A stretch of 64,000 nt of DNA, from assembly GCA_009784525.1 (NCBI GenBank), contig WRBM01000004.1, forward strand, positions 13,083 to 77,082. Direction: 5' to 3'. A program made the translations under genes and the position numbers. Shown in pieces: positions 1 to 9,472 of the stretch. The notes beneath the pieces were generated by a model. That model made no database searches. It was not told the origin of the DNA and saw nothing but the letters and a program-made list of their open reading frames with translations. The stretch is from Erysipelotrichales bacterium. GTDB lineage: Bacteria > Bacillota_I > Bacilli_A > Acholeplasmatales > WRBM01. Position 1 is the stretch's first letter. The number at the start of each line of letters is the position of its first letter.

Positions 1-350
1 TTTATCGCCTGTTTTCTAAAGAAGACGGTAAGCCGTTAGCTGATTTATTATGTACTTATGATGAAACAATTGATGACAGTAAACCTTTAGAAATCTTTGA
101 TCCAATCAGCACCTGGAAAAGGCAGACTTTAACTAACTTTTATGCCAAAGAACTATTAATGCCAATCTTTAAAAAAGGGAAACTGGTATATCAGTCGCCT
201 ACTATCGATCATATCCGGGAAATGACGATTCAAAATGTTGAGTCACTTTGGGATGAAATGAAACGTTTTGATCAACCTCATCGCTATTATGTTGATTTAT
301 CACAAAGATTGTGGGACGTTAAAAATAACTTACTTAATAAAGCAAAGTAA
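1..350 (+). CDS. pncB: Nicotinate phosphoribosyltransferase, 3' partial (frame open from window start)
   Basis: The frame of the 159..350 ORF is open back to position 3. The C-terminal motif ...GKLVYQSPTIDHIREMTIQNVESLWDEMKR...YYVDLSQRLWDVKNNLL matches the conserved NAPRTase C-terminus (VY.SPS.EEIR...LWDEYKR..PQ.YPVDLS..W..K..L). Confidence 0.6.
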   Translation, partial: YRLFSKEDGKPLADLLCTYDETIDDSKPLEIFDPISTWKRQTLTNFYAKELLMPIFKKGKLVYQSPTIDHIREMTIQNVESLWDEMKRFDQPHRYYVDLSQRLWDVKNNLLNKAK

Positions 351-459
351 ATTTTTTAATAAAAAAACAATAAATCCACTAATCGTAGAGTTGTTTCTCT
401 AACTGATTCGTGTATTTTATTCTCTGCCGCCTGTAGAATAATTGTGGAGGAGAGATTTT

Positions 460-1398
460 ATGGAAAAACAAACTATGGGAAAATTCATCGCTACTTTAAG
501 AAAAGCTAATGGCATGACACAGGCACAATTAGCTGATAAATTAATGGTTTCTAATCGTACTGTCAGTAAATGGGAAACGGATGAAGGTTTTCCTGATATA
601 TCAATGATTCCCATTTTAGCAGAAATATTTGAAGTTTCAACAGATGAAATCTTAAAAGGAGCCAGAATTCCTAAGAATGTTACGGAAACGAAAAAAACTG
701 ATAAACAAATTGAGAGACTTATCAATAAAACATTACTAAACTTCAGATACAATATGTTGTTTGCGGTTTTGATGAATATTTGTGGTTGGCTTTTATTTAG
801 TGTGCCAATTGTTTTGGACGCAAGGGGTTTAAAAGCTTCTTTGGCAATAACGATAATTGGTTATATTGCGGTTATATTTTTAAATGCTTTGGGCGTATTA
901 TTAATGTTCTTTTTTTCCAGTCGCGCCAAATATGCTTTATCTGGCTTTGATAGAAACAGGCAGATTTTAAAGTCAGAGAAAGTAATTGGTGACTGGCAGT
1001 TTTTAATTACCACAATTGCCCTACTTAGCTTTATTATTTATTGGCTTTATCAGCTTGCGGAAACTAACAACTTCTTATATTATCTGACAGGCACAGCTTT
1101 CAGTAAGCCACTACGGGTTTCATATTTTTTGCTTATTGCTTTATCGATTGGATTATTTGTGTATATTTTGAAACTTAATTTTCAAACAAAGAAATATTAT
1201 GTCAGGAAAGATAATATGAATAAAAGTAAAATATGGATTAGACATTGTATTTTTTTCGGAATTATGGTGTTGGTTTTAGTGTGGGGAATTCTGGCAAATT
1301 TTACCTTGTTGGCGATATTTTTATTTATTCTTACAACCGGACTTTATTTATTTAACCTTAAATTAATAAAAGAAAAGTATTATATTAAAAGAATATAG
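460..1398 (+). CDS. XRE-family HTH (Cro/C1-type) fused to a polytopic membrane domain
   Basis: N-terminus GKFIATLRKANGMTQAQLADKLMVSNRTVSKWETDEGFPDISMIPILAEIFEVSTDEIL is a classic HTH_3 motif. It is followed by at least 5 hydrophobic helices. RBS GGAGGAG lies before the ATG at 460; the ORF-track start at 442 is probably too early. Confidence 0.7.
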   Translation: MEKQTMGKFIATLRKANGMTQAQLADKLMVSNRTVSKWETDEGFPDISMIPILAEIFEVSTDEILKGARIPKNVTETKKTDKQIERLINKTLLNFRYNMLFAVLMNICGWLLFSVPIVLDARGLKASLAITIIGYIAVIFLNALGVLLMFFFSSRAKYALSGFDRNRQILKSEKVIGDWQFLITTIALLSFIIYWLYQLAETNNFLYYLTGTAFSKPLRVSYFLLIALSIGLFVYILKLNFQTKKYYVRKDNMNKSKIWIRHCIFFGIMVLVLVWGILANFTLLAIFLFILTTGLYLFNLKLIKEKYYIKRI

Positions 1399-1409
1399 GA
1401 AGTGATTTT

Positions 1410-2378
1410 ATGTGTCAATTAAATCTTTTTTTAGTTTCAAAATCACTTGATAAGGATTTATTAGACAAAATAATCAAGGACTCTGAAATACCTTATATCG
1501 AAGTGCTTAATGACTATCTTATTAAAGGTAATTATCATTTACTTTCTTTTAATGCTAAAGACAGTGGTTGTACTTGTGATAGTATCATCTCTAAGTTAAT
1601 AAATACCCCTTATAGCAGTTTTGAAGAGTATAAAGTTTTAAGTATTAAGGAACAGGCCAAAAAATTGGAAAAAATTGCCGATTATATGTTGGAGACTGAT
1701 TATCAAGAAAGACTAGCGGTTTTTAATGAAGAAATGGAAGAAAAAATTAAGGCAATGGACATTCTTAGTAATTGGATTAGTGAAAAAGAAAGAGAACTTA
1801 CTGAGGAGATAATGTTAAGAACAGATATTTCCGATACTAAAAAATCAAACTTAATGTTTGAAACAGTTTATCCACAAATTAATGAGCTGATTGAAGCTAA
1901 TGAAAAGAAGCCTGAAGTTATTGAAGCTAGAAAGAGCTATGCTAAGTTTATTGCGGATAATCAAATGATGTGGGATAGTGCTGGTTATACTTTAGAAGAA
2001 GTTGAGGATCAGGTCTTTGAGACTGAACCATTGACTTTAAGTAAAGCAATAGAATTAAGTGGTTACCAACCCAGTGATAATCATGAAAATGAACTTTATC
2101 AGGATTCACCAACTATCACAATACCCAGCAACAATATCTTTAAGGCCATAAAAGCTAATCAAGAAGTTGATTTTTCTGAATACAATCTTGAATTTGCAAG
2201 AATAAAAGCTTTTCTGACAACTTTCCTAGATTACCTTGATGAAATTAAGATTATTTCCTTTTACTGGGATGGAGACACTGAGATAAAAGACGAAAAAATG
2301 ATAAGCCTAAAAGAACTTAGCATTGATGATTTATTATTTTTGCCAAGTGCTACAAAATTAACTATTAGGAAAAAGTAA
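1410..2378 (+). CDS. Hypothetical acidic protein (E/D-rich)
   Basis: Long ORF with RBS GGAAGTG. No motif recognised. Confidence 0.45.
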   Translation: MCQLNLFLVSKSLDKDLLDKIIKDSEIPYIEVLNDYLIKGNYHLLSFNAKDSGCTCDSIISKLINTPYSSFEEYKVLSIKEQAKKLEKIADYMLETDYQERLAVFNEEMEEKIKAMDILSNWISEKERELTEEIMLRTDISDTKKSNLMFETVYPQINELIEANEKKPEVIEARKSYAKFIADNQMMWDSAGYTLEEVEDQVFETEPLTLSKAIELSGYQPSDNHENELYQDSPTITIPSNNIFKAIKANQEVDFSEYNLEFARIKAFLTTFLDYLDEIKIISFYWDGDTEIKDEKMISLKELSIDDLLFLPSATKLTIRKK

Positions 2379-2389
2379 GTCAGAAAAGA

Positions 2390-2420
2390 CAAGACATCTT
2401 GCGTTGGGATGTCTTGTTTT
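2390..2420 (+). terminator. Rho-independent terminator
   Basis: caagacatc-ttgcgttgg-gatgtcttg stem-loop followed by TTTT. Confidence 0.6.
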
Positions 2421-2515
2421 ATATAAATCTAAAATTATTTTTAAAAGTTAATTAAAAAAGAGAGATAAAAAAATGATATAATATTTATGCTTTAAAGTAG
2501 AGGAATGATGATTAG

Positions 2516-3895
2516 ATGAATAAATTTAGCGAAGAAATTCTTAAATATCTTGAGGAAAAAAACTACCGGACGCTGAAAAATTTTTTGATGAATATTGATG
2601 ATGTCTTAATTTTTGATTTAATTAGAGAACTTGAAGAAAAAGATCAGGCCATTATCTTTAGATTACTAAATAAAGAAAAGGCGCTTTTCATTTTTGAACA
2701 GCTTAATACTACAGATCAACAAGCCCTAATCAAATCTTTAACTGAAAGAAGGATTATTGAGCTATTAGAAGAACTTGCGCCCGATGATCGGGTTAGATTA
2801 TTGGAAGAGTTACCAGCTAAAGTTGCTAATCGTTTAATCAGTAATCTTTCGGCTGAAGAAAGAGCAGCTACTAATATTTTGTTAGGTTATGAAGTGGAAA
2901 CAGCTGGTCGCAAAATGACGACAGAATATATAACTTTAAAAAAGCAAATGACGGTCGCAGAAAGTATTAAGCGCATTAGAAAAAAGGCGAATGATGTAGA
3001 AACTATTTATACTATTTATGTTACTAATGCTTCCAGGGAATTGCAAGGGGTTTTATCTTTAAAAGATCTGATTCTGGCAGAAGCTAGTGATATTATCACT
3101 GATATAATGCAAAAAAATGTTGTTAGTGTCGCAACTGATACCGATCAAGAGGTAGTAGCTAGAACTTTAAAGGAATATAATTTATTAGCTGTTCCGGTTG
3201 TTGATAAGGAAAACAGACTTGTCGGAATTATTACTGTTGATGATGCGATGGATATTCTTGATGAAGAAGCTACAGATGATATTTTAGACAGTGCCGGTAT
3301 CAGTGATTTACATATATCTGAAACCACGCGTTCAGAAGCACTTGTTTTTGGTTCACTTCCGCAAATTTGGCGTTTGCGCTTGCCCTTTTTGATAATCACT
3401 ACATTTGGTGGTCTATTTGCGGGATTAGCGCTTGAGGTTTTTGAAGATGCTTTAGAAACAGTAACAGCCTTAATCTTTTTCATTCCCGTTATTATGGCAA
3501 TGGGTGGCAATGTCGGCACGCAAAGTTCAACTGTATTTACTAGAGGTTTTTTATTAGGACATATTAAAGTTAAAGACATTTGGCGGAGCATTTTTAAAGA
3601 AACAATTGTCGGTTTATCGATTGGGGTTGTTATTGGTATTCTAACAGGAGTTATCGCTTTATTTTGGCAAGGTTTAGGTGATAATTGGGAGTTTGCCGTT
3701 AGGATTGCACTAGTAGTTGGCTTGACTTTAGTTATTGTTTCTATGATCGCAGCTACATTAGGTTTTTTAATTCCTTATATCTTGATTAAATTTAAGGCAG
3801 ATCAGGCTTCAGGCACAGGACCAATTATTACATCTTTAAAAGATATCATTGCGATTATCGTTTATTTCTTATTAGCGATGTGGCTAATTTTATAA
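2516..3895 (+). CDS. mgtE: Magnesium transporter MgtE
   Basis: MgtE N-domain, CBS pair (VSVATDTDQEVVARTLKEYNLLAVPVVDKENRLVGIITVDD), TM domain with the MAMGGNVGTQSS signature. Extended -10 TGATATAAT upstream. Confidence 0.9.
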   Translation: MNKFSEEILKYLEEKNYRTLKNFLMNIDDVLIFDLIRELEEKDQAIIFRLLNKEKALFIFEQLNTTDQQALIKSLTERRIIELLEELAPDDRVRLLEELPAKVANRLISNLSAEERAATNILLGYEVETAGRKMTTEYITLKKQMTVAESIKRIRKKANDVETIYTIYVTNASRELQGVLSLKDLILAEASDIITDIMQKNVVSVATDTDQEVVARTLKEYNLLAVPVVDKENRLVGIITVDDAMDILDEEATDDILDSAGISDLHISETTRSEALVFGSLPQIWRLRLPFLIITTFGGLFAGLALEVFEDALETVTALIFFIPVIMAMGGNVGTQSSTVFTRGFLLGHIKVKDIWRSIFKETIVGLSIGVVIGILTGVIALFWQGLGDNWEFAVRIALVVGLTLVIVSMIAATLGFLIPYILIKFKADQASGTGPIITSLKDIIAIIVYFLLAMWLIL

Positions 3896-3913
3896 TATAA
3901 TCGTTAAAGAAAT

Positions 3914-3940
3914 TGTCAGAGATAATCTGGCATTTTTTTT
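3914..3940 (+). terminator. Rho-independent terminator after mgtE
   Basis: tgtcaga-gataa-tctggca hairpin (one GU pair) followed by TTTTTTTT. Confidence 0.55.
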
Positions 3941-4074
3941 CTGCGCAAATAACAGTTTCTGGCCAATATGCATTTCAGATTAAATGATGCTAAAATTTTT
4001 CTTGCAAAACGCTGTATTGTATGATACAATGTATAACGTAATATATTGCATGGCGCGATAAGCATGGAGGAAAA

Positions 4075-5577
4075 ATGAAAAGAATAACAATAATGATTTT
4101 ACTTGCTTTTTTTACTTATTTAAATATTAACGCATCAAGTTTAGAAGTGGATTCGACACTTACAAGAATTGATAATCTTTTAGAAAGAACGGCAAATCGC
4201 CAGGGAGTGCCTGGAATTTCCGTTGCGATAACTGGTTATGCTCCTGAAACAATCTTTTCATCGTATGGTGTAACAAGAAGGGGCGAAGAAATTTTAGTTG
4301 ATGAAGAAACTTTTTTCGGCTTGGGATCTTTAAGCAAAGCTTTTTCAGCTTTGAGTATTTTATATTTAGATCGGAATGAAGAGTTTGATTTTAAAATCGA
4401 AGATCCGATTCAAAAGCATTTGCCTTGGCTGAATTTTTATCATCAGGATGCAGATTTTAAGATGGAAGAGCTGACGATAGCTAATTTTATTTATCATACA
4501 AGTGGGCTTGTTAACGCTGTTCACTCTTTGCAGTTACCACCAAGTGAAGGTTTGGATGCGGCCCAAAGAATTATTGAAAGCCTCAATGATTCCCGACTGG
4601 AATTTCGTCCGGGAACTAAATATGATTACGCTTCATCTAATTATATTATTCTTGGTTTGGTCATTCAAAATGTTACTGGCCTTTCTTTTGAAGAATTTAC
4701 AACAACTAGAATTCTTCAGCCTTTAAACTTAAATAATACTTTTATGTTTCAAAGTGAAGCAGAAACAGTCGGGGTTATGGCATCAGCTCATAAACCGATT
4801 TGGTTTGCGTCCAGGCCCTTTAATCCGCCAACATTTAGAGCTCATACGCCAACTGGTTTTATTATCTCTAATGCCAGTGATATGATGAATTGGCTAAAGC
4901 TAAATTTAAACCCAGATAGTGCGCCAGCGCCATTTGATGAATTAATTGAAAGGGCATTAGAAGCCAATCTAACCGTAGACGCTTGGCAAGGATACCATTA
5001 CGCAGCTGGTTGGCTTGTGGGAGTGGAAACAAGTACTATAAGACATCAAGGAGAAAGTCCGGGTTTTGCCTCAGAAGTAGTAATGCTTCCTGATAGTGGT
5101 ATCGGAGTTGTAGTACTAATGAATTCTATTGCTGGTGATACAGCTAATCTGATAGCGAACATTCTGTTAATTTTAGATGGTCAGGAAGTAGATACTATTA
5201 GTATCGGTAATATTGATTTCATCTTATTTGATATGGTTTTTTCAATTATCAGTATACTAGCCATTTTGGTAAGCATTATTTTGATTTTTTTAATTATCAG
5301 GAAAATTTTGAAGATTAAAAGAAGAGCTGCCATTGACAAAAAATTAAAGATGAAAAATTATGTTAATCTACTATTAGCAGCATTATTTTTTATGAGTTTT
5401 TTGATACTGGCTACCTTATTTCCGTCATTTTTTGGAGTGGGAACATGGGAGATTGTTAATATTTGGATGTCTTACTCAGTTTTTATGGGTTTTGTTTTAA
5501 TAATAATAACATGCTTTATTTGGGTAGTATTAGCACTACTGGGAGTTATCTTGGACAACCCTAAAATAAAGGTTTAA
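4075..5577 (+). CDS. Beta-lactamase-family serine hydrolase with signal peptide and C-terminal triple TM anchor
   Basis: S-x-x-K motif (GLGSLSKAF), YASSNY (Y-x-N), HQGESPGF (KTG-like). N-terminal signal sequence; C-terminal ~100 aa strongly hydrophobic. Confidence 0.8.
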   Translation: MKRITIMILLAFFTYLNINASSLEVDSTLTRIDNLLERTANRQGVPGISVAITGYAPETIFSSYGVTRRGEEILVDEETFFGLGSLSKAFSALSILYLDRNEEFDFKIEDPIQKHLPWLNFYHQDADFKMEELTIANFIYHTSGLVNAVHSLQLPPSEGLDAAQRIIESLNDSRLEFRPGTKYDYASSNYIILGLVIQNVTGLSFEEFTTTRILQPLNLNNTFMFQSEAETVGVMASAHKPIWFASRPFNPPTFRAHTPTGFIISNASDMMNWLKLNLNPDSAPAPFDELIERALEANLTVDAWQGYHYAAGWLVGVETSTIRHQGESPGFASEVVMLPDSGIGVVVLMNSIAGDTANLIANILLILDGQEVDTISIGNIDFILFDMVFSIISILAILVSIILIFLIIRKILKIKRRAAIDKKLKMKNYVNLLLAALFFMSFLILATLFPSFFGVGTWEIVNIWMSYSVFMGFVLIIITCFIWVVLALLGVILDNPKIKV

Positions 5578-5652
5578 TAAATGATTTTGAAAAGAAATGA
5601 AAGTATGAATGCGTGCACGAAAAAGGGCATTGCTTAAAGAAACCAACGCACT

Positions 5653-5714
5653 TTACACATAAATCCGTGGAATTGTGTGATTATTTACACATAAATCCGT
5701 GGAATTGTGTGATT
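5653..5714. repeat. Two tandem 30-bp direct repeats (TTACACATAAATCCGTGGAATTGTGTGATT) abutting the -35 of the downstream promoter
   Basis: Copies at 5653..5682 and 5685..5714 (period 32 bp), identical by eye. They are followed by TTGCAA/TTGACG ... TGGTATATAAT and the ATPase gene. Confidence 0.7.
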
Positions 5715-5765
5715 TGCAATTGACGCCGATATATATATGGTATATAATATATTTGAGGTGTTATT

Positions 5766-7112
5766 ATGATGGAGCGTTTTATTCTTGAAGACTTAAAGAA
5801 ATGGAAAGAATCAAAGGGCAGAAAGCCGTTAATTCTGCGTGGTGCGAGACAGGTCGGTAAAACATGGATTCTAAAAGAATTTGGTAAGCGCTATTACGAT
5901 AATTGCGCTTACTTTAATTTTGATGAAAGTGTCGAATATAAACAATTTTTTGAAACGACAAAAAATGTTGAGCGGATTCTCCAAAATCTTACGATGGCAA
6001 GCGGACAAAAGATAAACGGTGATAAGACACTGATATTCTTTGATGAAATACAAGAATGCCCAAATGCACTTAATACTTTAAAATATTTTTGTGAGACCGC
6101 CCCGCAATACCATGTTGTCTGTGCGGGTTCGCTTCTTGGCATAGCCTTATCTAAACCTGTTGGATTCCCTGTTGGCAAGACAGACTTTATCGATATGTAT
6201 CCAATGACTTTCAGCGAGTTTTTGGTTGCTTTGGGTGAAAAGAATTATGTTGAATATATGCGCTCAATTTCAAGTATAGAAAACATTCCCGATGCGTTTT
6301 TTAACCCTTTAGCTGAAAAACTTAAAATGTATTTCATAACGGGCGGGATGCCGGAAGTTGTGTATAATTGGGTAAATAACAGAGATGTCGAGGCGATTCA
6401 GCGGACTTTGTCTAATATAGCCTTGGCATATGAGCATGACTTCGGTAAACATCCGAATGTAAATACGACGCCAAAGATTTCGCTTGTATGGAAAACCATA
6501 CCTTCGCAACTTGCCAAAGAGAACAAAAAATTCTTATACAATTCAATTAAAGAAGGCGCGCGGGCAAGAGAATATGAAGATGCTTTACAATGGCTCGTCA
6601 ATGCAGGCATAGTTCGTAAGATTTATCGATGCAATAAGCCGCACTTGCCACTTTCTCAATATGACGATATAGGGGCGTTTAAGATATTATTAGGCGATGT
6701 AGGGCTACTTAGAAGGATATCTTTTCTTTCTCCGAGCGCGGTTGCCGAGGGAAACAGATTGTTTGTTGAGTTCAAAGGCGCACTTACGGAAAACTATATT
6801 CTTCAGGCGATTGAACAGCAGTTTGAAGTGTTACCGAGGTATTGGGCGATGGATAAGCCGCGTTATGAGGTTGACTTTTTAATTCAGCGCGAGGATGATA
6901 TCATACCGATTGAAGTAAAGGCAGATGTTAATATCGACAGTAAAAGTTTAAAAAAATATGCCGAGCTTTATCCTAATAATGCAAAAATCCGAGTGCGCTT
7001 TTCCATGCGTAATTTGCACCTTGACGGCGATGTTCTCAATATTCCATTATTCATGGCGGACTATGCTGACAAGCTAATCGCACTGGGACTTAAAGGTATG
7101 AAAGAAGGGTAA
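5766..7112 (+). CDS. AAA+ ATPase of the COG1373 / DUF4143 family
   Basis: Walker A GARQVGKTW near the N-terminus, Walker B LIFFDEIQ, typical ~450 aa length with a C-terminal DUF4143-like region. Confidence 0.8.
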   Translation: MMERFILEDLKKWKESKGRKPLILRGARQVGKTWILKEFGKRYYDNCAYFNFDESVEYKQFFETTKNVERILQNLTMASGQKINGDKTLIFFDEIQECPNALNTLKYFCETAPQYHVVCAGSLLGIALSKPVGFPVGKTDFIDMYPMTFSEFLVALGEKNYVEYMRSISSIENIPDAFFNPLAEKLKMYFITGGMPEVVYNWVNNRDVEAIQRTLSNIALAYEHDFGKHPNVNTTPKISLVWKTIPSQLAKENKKFLYNSIKEGARAREYEDALQWLVNAGIVRKIYRCNKPHLPLSQYDDIGAFKILLGDVGLLRRISFLSPSAVAEGNRLFVEFKGALTENYILQAIEQQFEVLPRYWAMDKPRYEVDFLIQREDDIIPIEVKADVNIDSKSLKKYAELYPNNAKIRVRFSMRNLHLDGDVLNIPLFMADYADKLIALGLKGMKEG

Positions 7113-7202
7113 CTGGATTTATTAACATCTAGTAATCTTCTATTATTTGCGCAACAAACCATCCAAAAAAAGAAAGCAAAATCCTTTAAGATTTCGCTTT
7201 AG

Positions 7203-7397
7203 CTAATCGGTTTTACACCATTCAATTTTTATTTCAATACCATCGATATAATATTTTCCATCTTCGGCTTGTTTAGCAACTCGGCCATCGATATTATTAT
7301 AGGGATCATAGTCAAAATCCTCATTTACTTGATGCTTAAGAAATAGATCTTCTTTAAGTTTTTCGATCATAAATTTAGGCTCTAACAATTCATTCAT
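7203..7397 (-). CDS. Small hypothetical protein, tandem paralog A (64 aa)
   Basis: RBS AAGGAG. Shares ...NG..A....DGKY(Y/F)IDGIEIK..WCKT(D/R) with the adjacent ORF. Confidence 0.5.
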   Translation of the reverse strand: MNELLEPKFMIEKLKEDLFLKHQVNEDFDYDPYNNIDGRVAKQAEDGKYYIDGIEIKIEWCKTD

Positions 7398-7410
7398 TAA
7401 TTCAACTCCT

Positions 7411-7605
7411 TTATCTGGTTTTGCACCAATCTAACTTTATTTCAATACCATCGATAAAATATTTACCATCTTTATTGGGTTGGGCAATCATGCCATTTAA
7501 TCTTTCATAAATTTCAAAATTCTTATCAGGCATAATCTGACTATTGATATACATATCATCTTTAAATTTATTATAATCAAATATGTAGCTAATAACTTTA
7601 CTCAT
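7411..7605 (-). CDS. Small hypothetical protein, tandem paralog B (64 aa)
   Basis: RBS AAAGGAG. Paralogous to 7203..7397 (about 45% identity by eye, conserved C-terminal DGKYFIDGIEIKLDWCKT). Confidence 0.5.
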   Translation of the reverse strand: MSKVISYIFDYNKFKDDMYINSQIMPDKNFEIYERLNGMIAQPNKDGKYFIDGIEIKLDWCKTR

Positions 7606-7684
7606 AATAATGCTCCTTTAGCTTATTATGAGTAAACAGAAGTGAAATATTATAATTTTTGTAAAATTTCATAAAAAAAGAAGG

Positions 7685-8497
7685 CTATGTGCCTTCAATT
7701 TCTAAATATACAATTTCTAAAGGATTAAAGATTCTTGGAAAATAAACAGTATTAGCTAAACCACGACTGATAATATGAGTTGTATCACCAAACTCATAAA
7801 GACCACCCGCAAGCTTAGGAAATACGCCTTGACCATGGATAAAAAAACCATTTGCGAGCCTGGGGATAATTATCTGACCGCCATGAGTATGCCCGGAAAG
7901 AATTAAATCAAAGCCAAGGTCTAGATATTCTTTGGCTAATTCCGGTCTATGAATTAAAAATATTTTATAGAGCCCTGATTCTTTAGCCGATTTGAGATTA
8001 GTTTCTGTCGGCTTTATGGTTTTATCTAAAGAGCGGGGATCATCTAAACCGCAAAGCAAGATATTATATTTTTCTAAAATAATATTATCTTCAATTATAA
8101 TGATATTATTTTTTTTCAGAAGTTCAACCATTTGCGGGTAGTCAGGCGCAATTTTTTCATGATTGCCGCTAACATAATAAACAGGCGCTAATTTTTGAAG
8201 CTCATCTAAAAAACGATCAGTCGCTTCCAAAGGTTTTTTATCATCAAAGATATCACCGCCAAGAATAATTAAATTCGGTTCGAGGGGAATTACTTGTTCT
8301 AAGACATCCTGATATTTAAGGCCAAAACCAAAGCTATGAGTATCCGCAAGCAGAACAAGTTTTAATTTTTGATTTTCTTTAAATTTTTTGGTTTTTAACT
8401 GATAAGTTCTGGTAATTAAGGAATCGTCAATCGCAATTAAGATAAGATATAATAGAACTAACATAAAAGTTGTGAATAAAATAATTTGCAGTATCAT
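7685..8497 (-). CDS. Membrane-anchored calcineurin-like metallophosphoesterase
   Basis: N-terminal TM helix, then metallophosphoesterase motifs DTHS, GGDIFD, GNHE, GHTHGGQ. Confidence 0.85.
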   Translation of the reverse strand: MILQIILFTTFMLVLLYLILIAIDDSLITRTYQLKTKKFKENQKLKLVLLADTHSFGFGLKYQDVLEQVIPLEPNLIILGGDIFDDKKPLEATDRFLDELQKLAPVYYVSGNHEKIAPDYPQMVELLKKNNIIIIEDNIILEKYNILLCGLDDPRSLDKTIKPTETNLKSAKESGLYKIFLIHRPELAKEYLDLGFDLILSGHTHGGQIIIPRLANGFFIHGQGVFPKLAGGLYEFGDTTHIISRGLANTVYFPRIFNPLEIVYLEIEGT

Positions 8498-8671
8498 TAA
8501 AAGCTCCTTGTCATATAGAATATTTTAGCCTTATAAAATTAATATTTTGGCAAAAACTAAAGATTAGTCTTAATTATTATACCTAAAGAAACAAAAAAAT
8601 ACAAATAAATTATCGTTTTAATGGATTTAATATCTGCTTTAAGATATAATCTTAGCTTGGGAGTGATATAT

Positions 8672-9472
8672 GTGTCTCTTTTAAAAATAACTAATTTAAA
8701 GGCCTCAGTAACTGACGCACAAATTCTGAAAGGTATTGACCTAAATATTAATAAAGGTGAAGTCCATGCGATTATGGGTCCAAACGGAACCGGAAAATCG
8801 ACGCTATCAGGTGTCATTATGGGTCATCCAAAATATTCGATTACAGAAGGCGATATTCTTTTTGAAGGCGAGTCAATTTTACCATTAAGAACCGATGAAA
8901 GAGCTAGGAAAAGAATTTTTCTTGCTTATCAACAACCTATGGAAATTGAAGGTGTCACAAATAGTGACTTTATCCGCAAAAGCCAAAAAGCGGTGTTAGG
9001 CGAAGACATTAACCTTTTTCGATTTATCAAAGAATATGAAAAAGGTATCGAAGAGCTTAAAATGCGGCCTGATTTAGCTAATCGCTATGTTAATGAAGGT
9101 TTTTCTGGCGGCGAAAAGAAACGTAATGAAGTATTACAAATGAAAATGCTCAAACCAAAATTAGCGATTTTAGATGAAATTGATTCAGGACTTGACGTTG
9201 ATGCCTTAAAGATTGTCAGCGAAAATGTTAATCAATTAAAGGAAACAGGAATGTCGATGATTCTAATTACACATTATCAAAGGCTTTTGGATTATATCAA
9301 ACCGGATTTCGTGCATATTATGATTAATGGAAGAATCGTTAAATCAGGAAAAGCAGATTTAATAACTAAAATCGATCAGGAAGGTTATGATTGGCTGATT
9401 GAAGAATTAGGAATTGATATGACTGAAAATCGTAATCCAGTTAGTCTTGGGACTTGTGCGGTAAAAAAATAA
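8672..9472 (+). CDS. sufC: Fe-S cluster assembly ATPase SufC
   Basis: GPNGTGKSTL Walker A, LSGGEKKR signature, ILDEIDSGLD Walker B. Likely GTG start after GGGAG; the track start at 8621 is too early. Confidence 0.9.
   Translation: MSLLKITNLKASVTDAQILKGIDLNINKGEVHAIMGPNGTGKSTLSGVIMGHPKYSITEGDILFEGESILPLRTDERARKRIFLAYQQPMEIEGVTNSDFIRKSQKAVLGEDINLFRFIKEYEKGIEELKMRPDLANRYVNEGFSGGEKKRNEVLQMKMLKPKLAILDEIDSGLDVDALKIVSENVNQLKETGMSMILITHYQRLLDYIKPDFVHIMINGRIVKSGKADLITKIDQEGYDWLIEELGIDMTENRNPVSLGTCAVKK

Noticed and set aside
417-752. Antisense or overlapping track ORFs inside well-supported genes. Examples: 417..752-, 3145..3591-, 4502..4726+, 5871..6178-, 6309..6610-, 16881..17204-, 17562..18185-, 19627..19854-, 24032..24214-, 26543..26725-, 31147..31797-, 33791..34093-, 35055..35375-, 36176..36482, 40485..41282+, 42038..42277+, 42703..43268-, 51111..51733-, 54070..55332+, 55717..56031+, 59446..60555-.
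   Set aside because: Each lies wholly within, or out of frame with, a gene that has clear family motifs on the other strand or frame. They have no RBS and are low-complexity translations of AT-rich or mirror sequence.
2379-2515. Possible M-box (ykoK) Mg riboswitch upstream of mgtE
   Set aside because: The leader is only about 135 nt and mostly A/T. It contains a terminator for the upstream gene plus a plain promoter, with no room for the roughly 160-nt conserved M-box aptamer.
5653-5714. CRISPR array
   Set aside because: Only two repeat copies, directly abutting with a 2-bp spacer. No cas genes and no spacer-repeat periodicity anywhere in the window.
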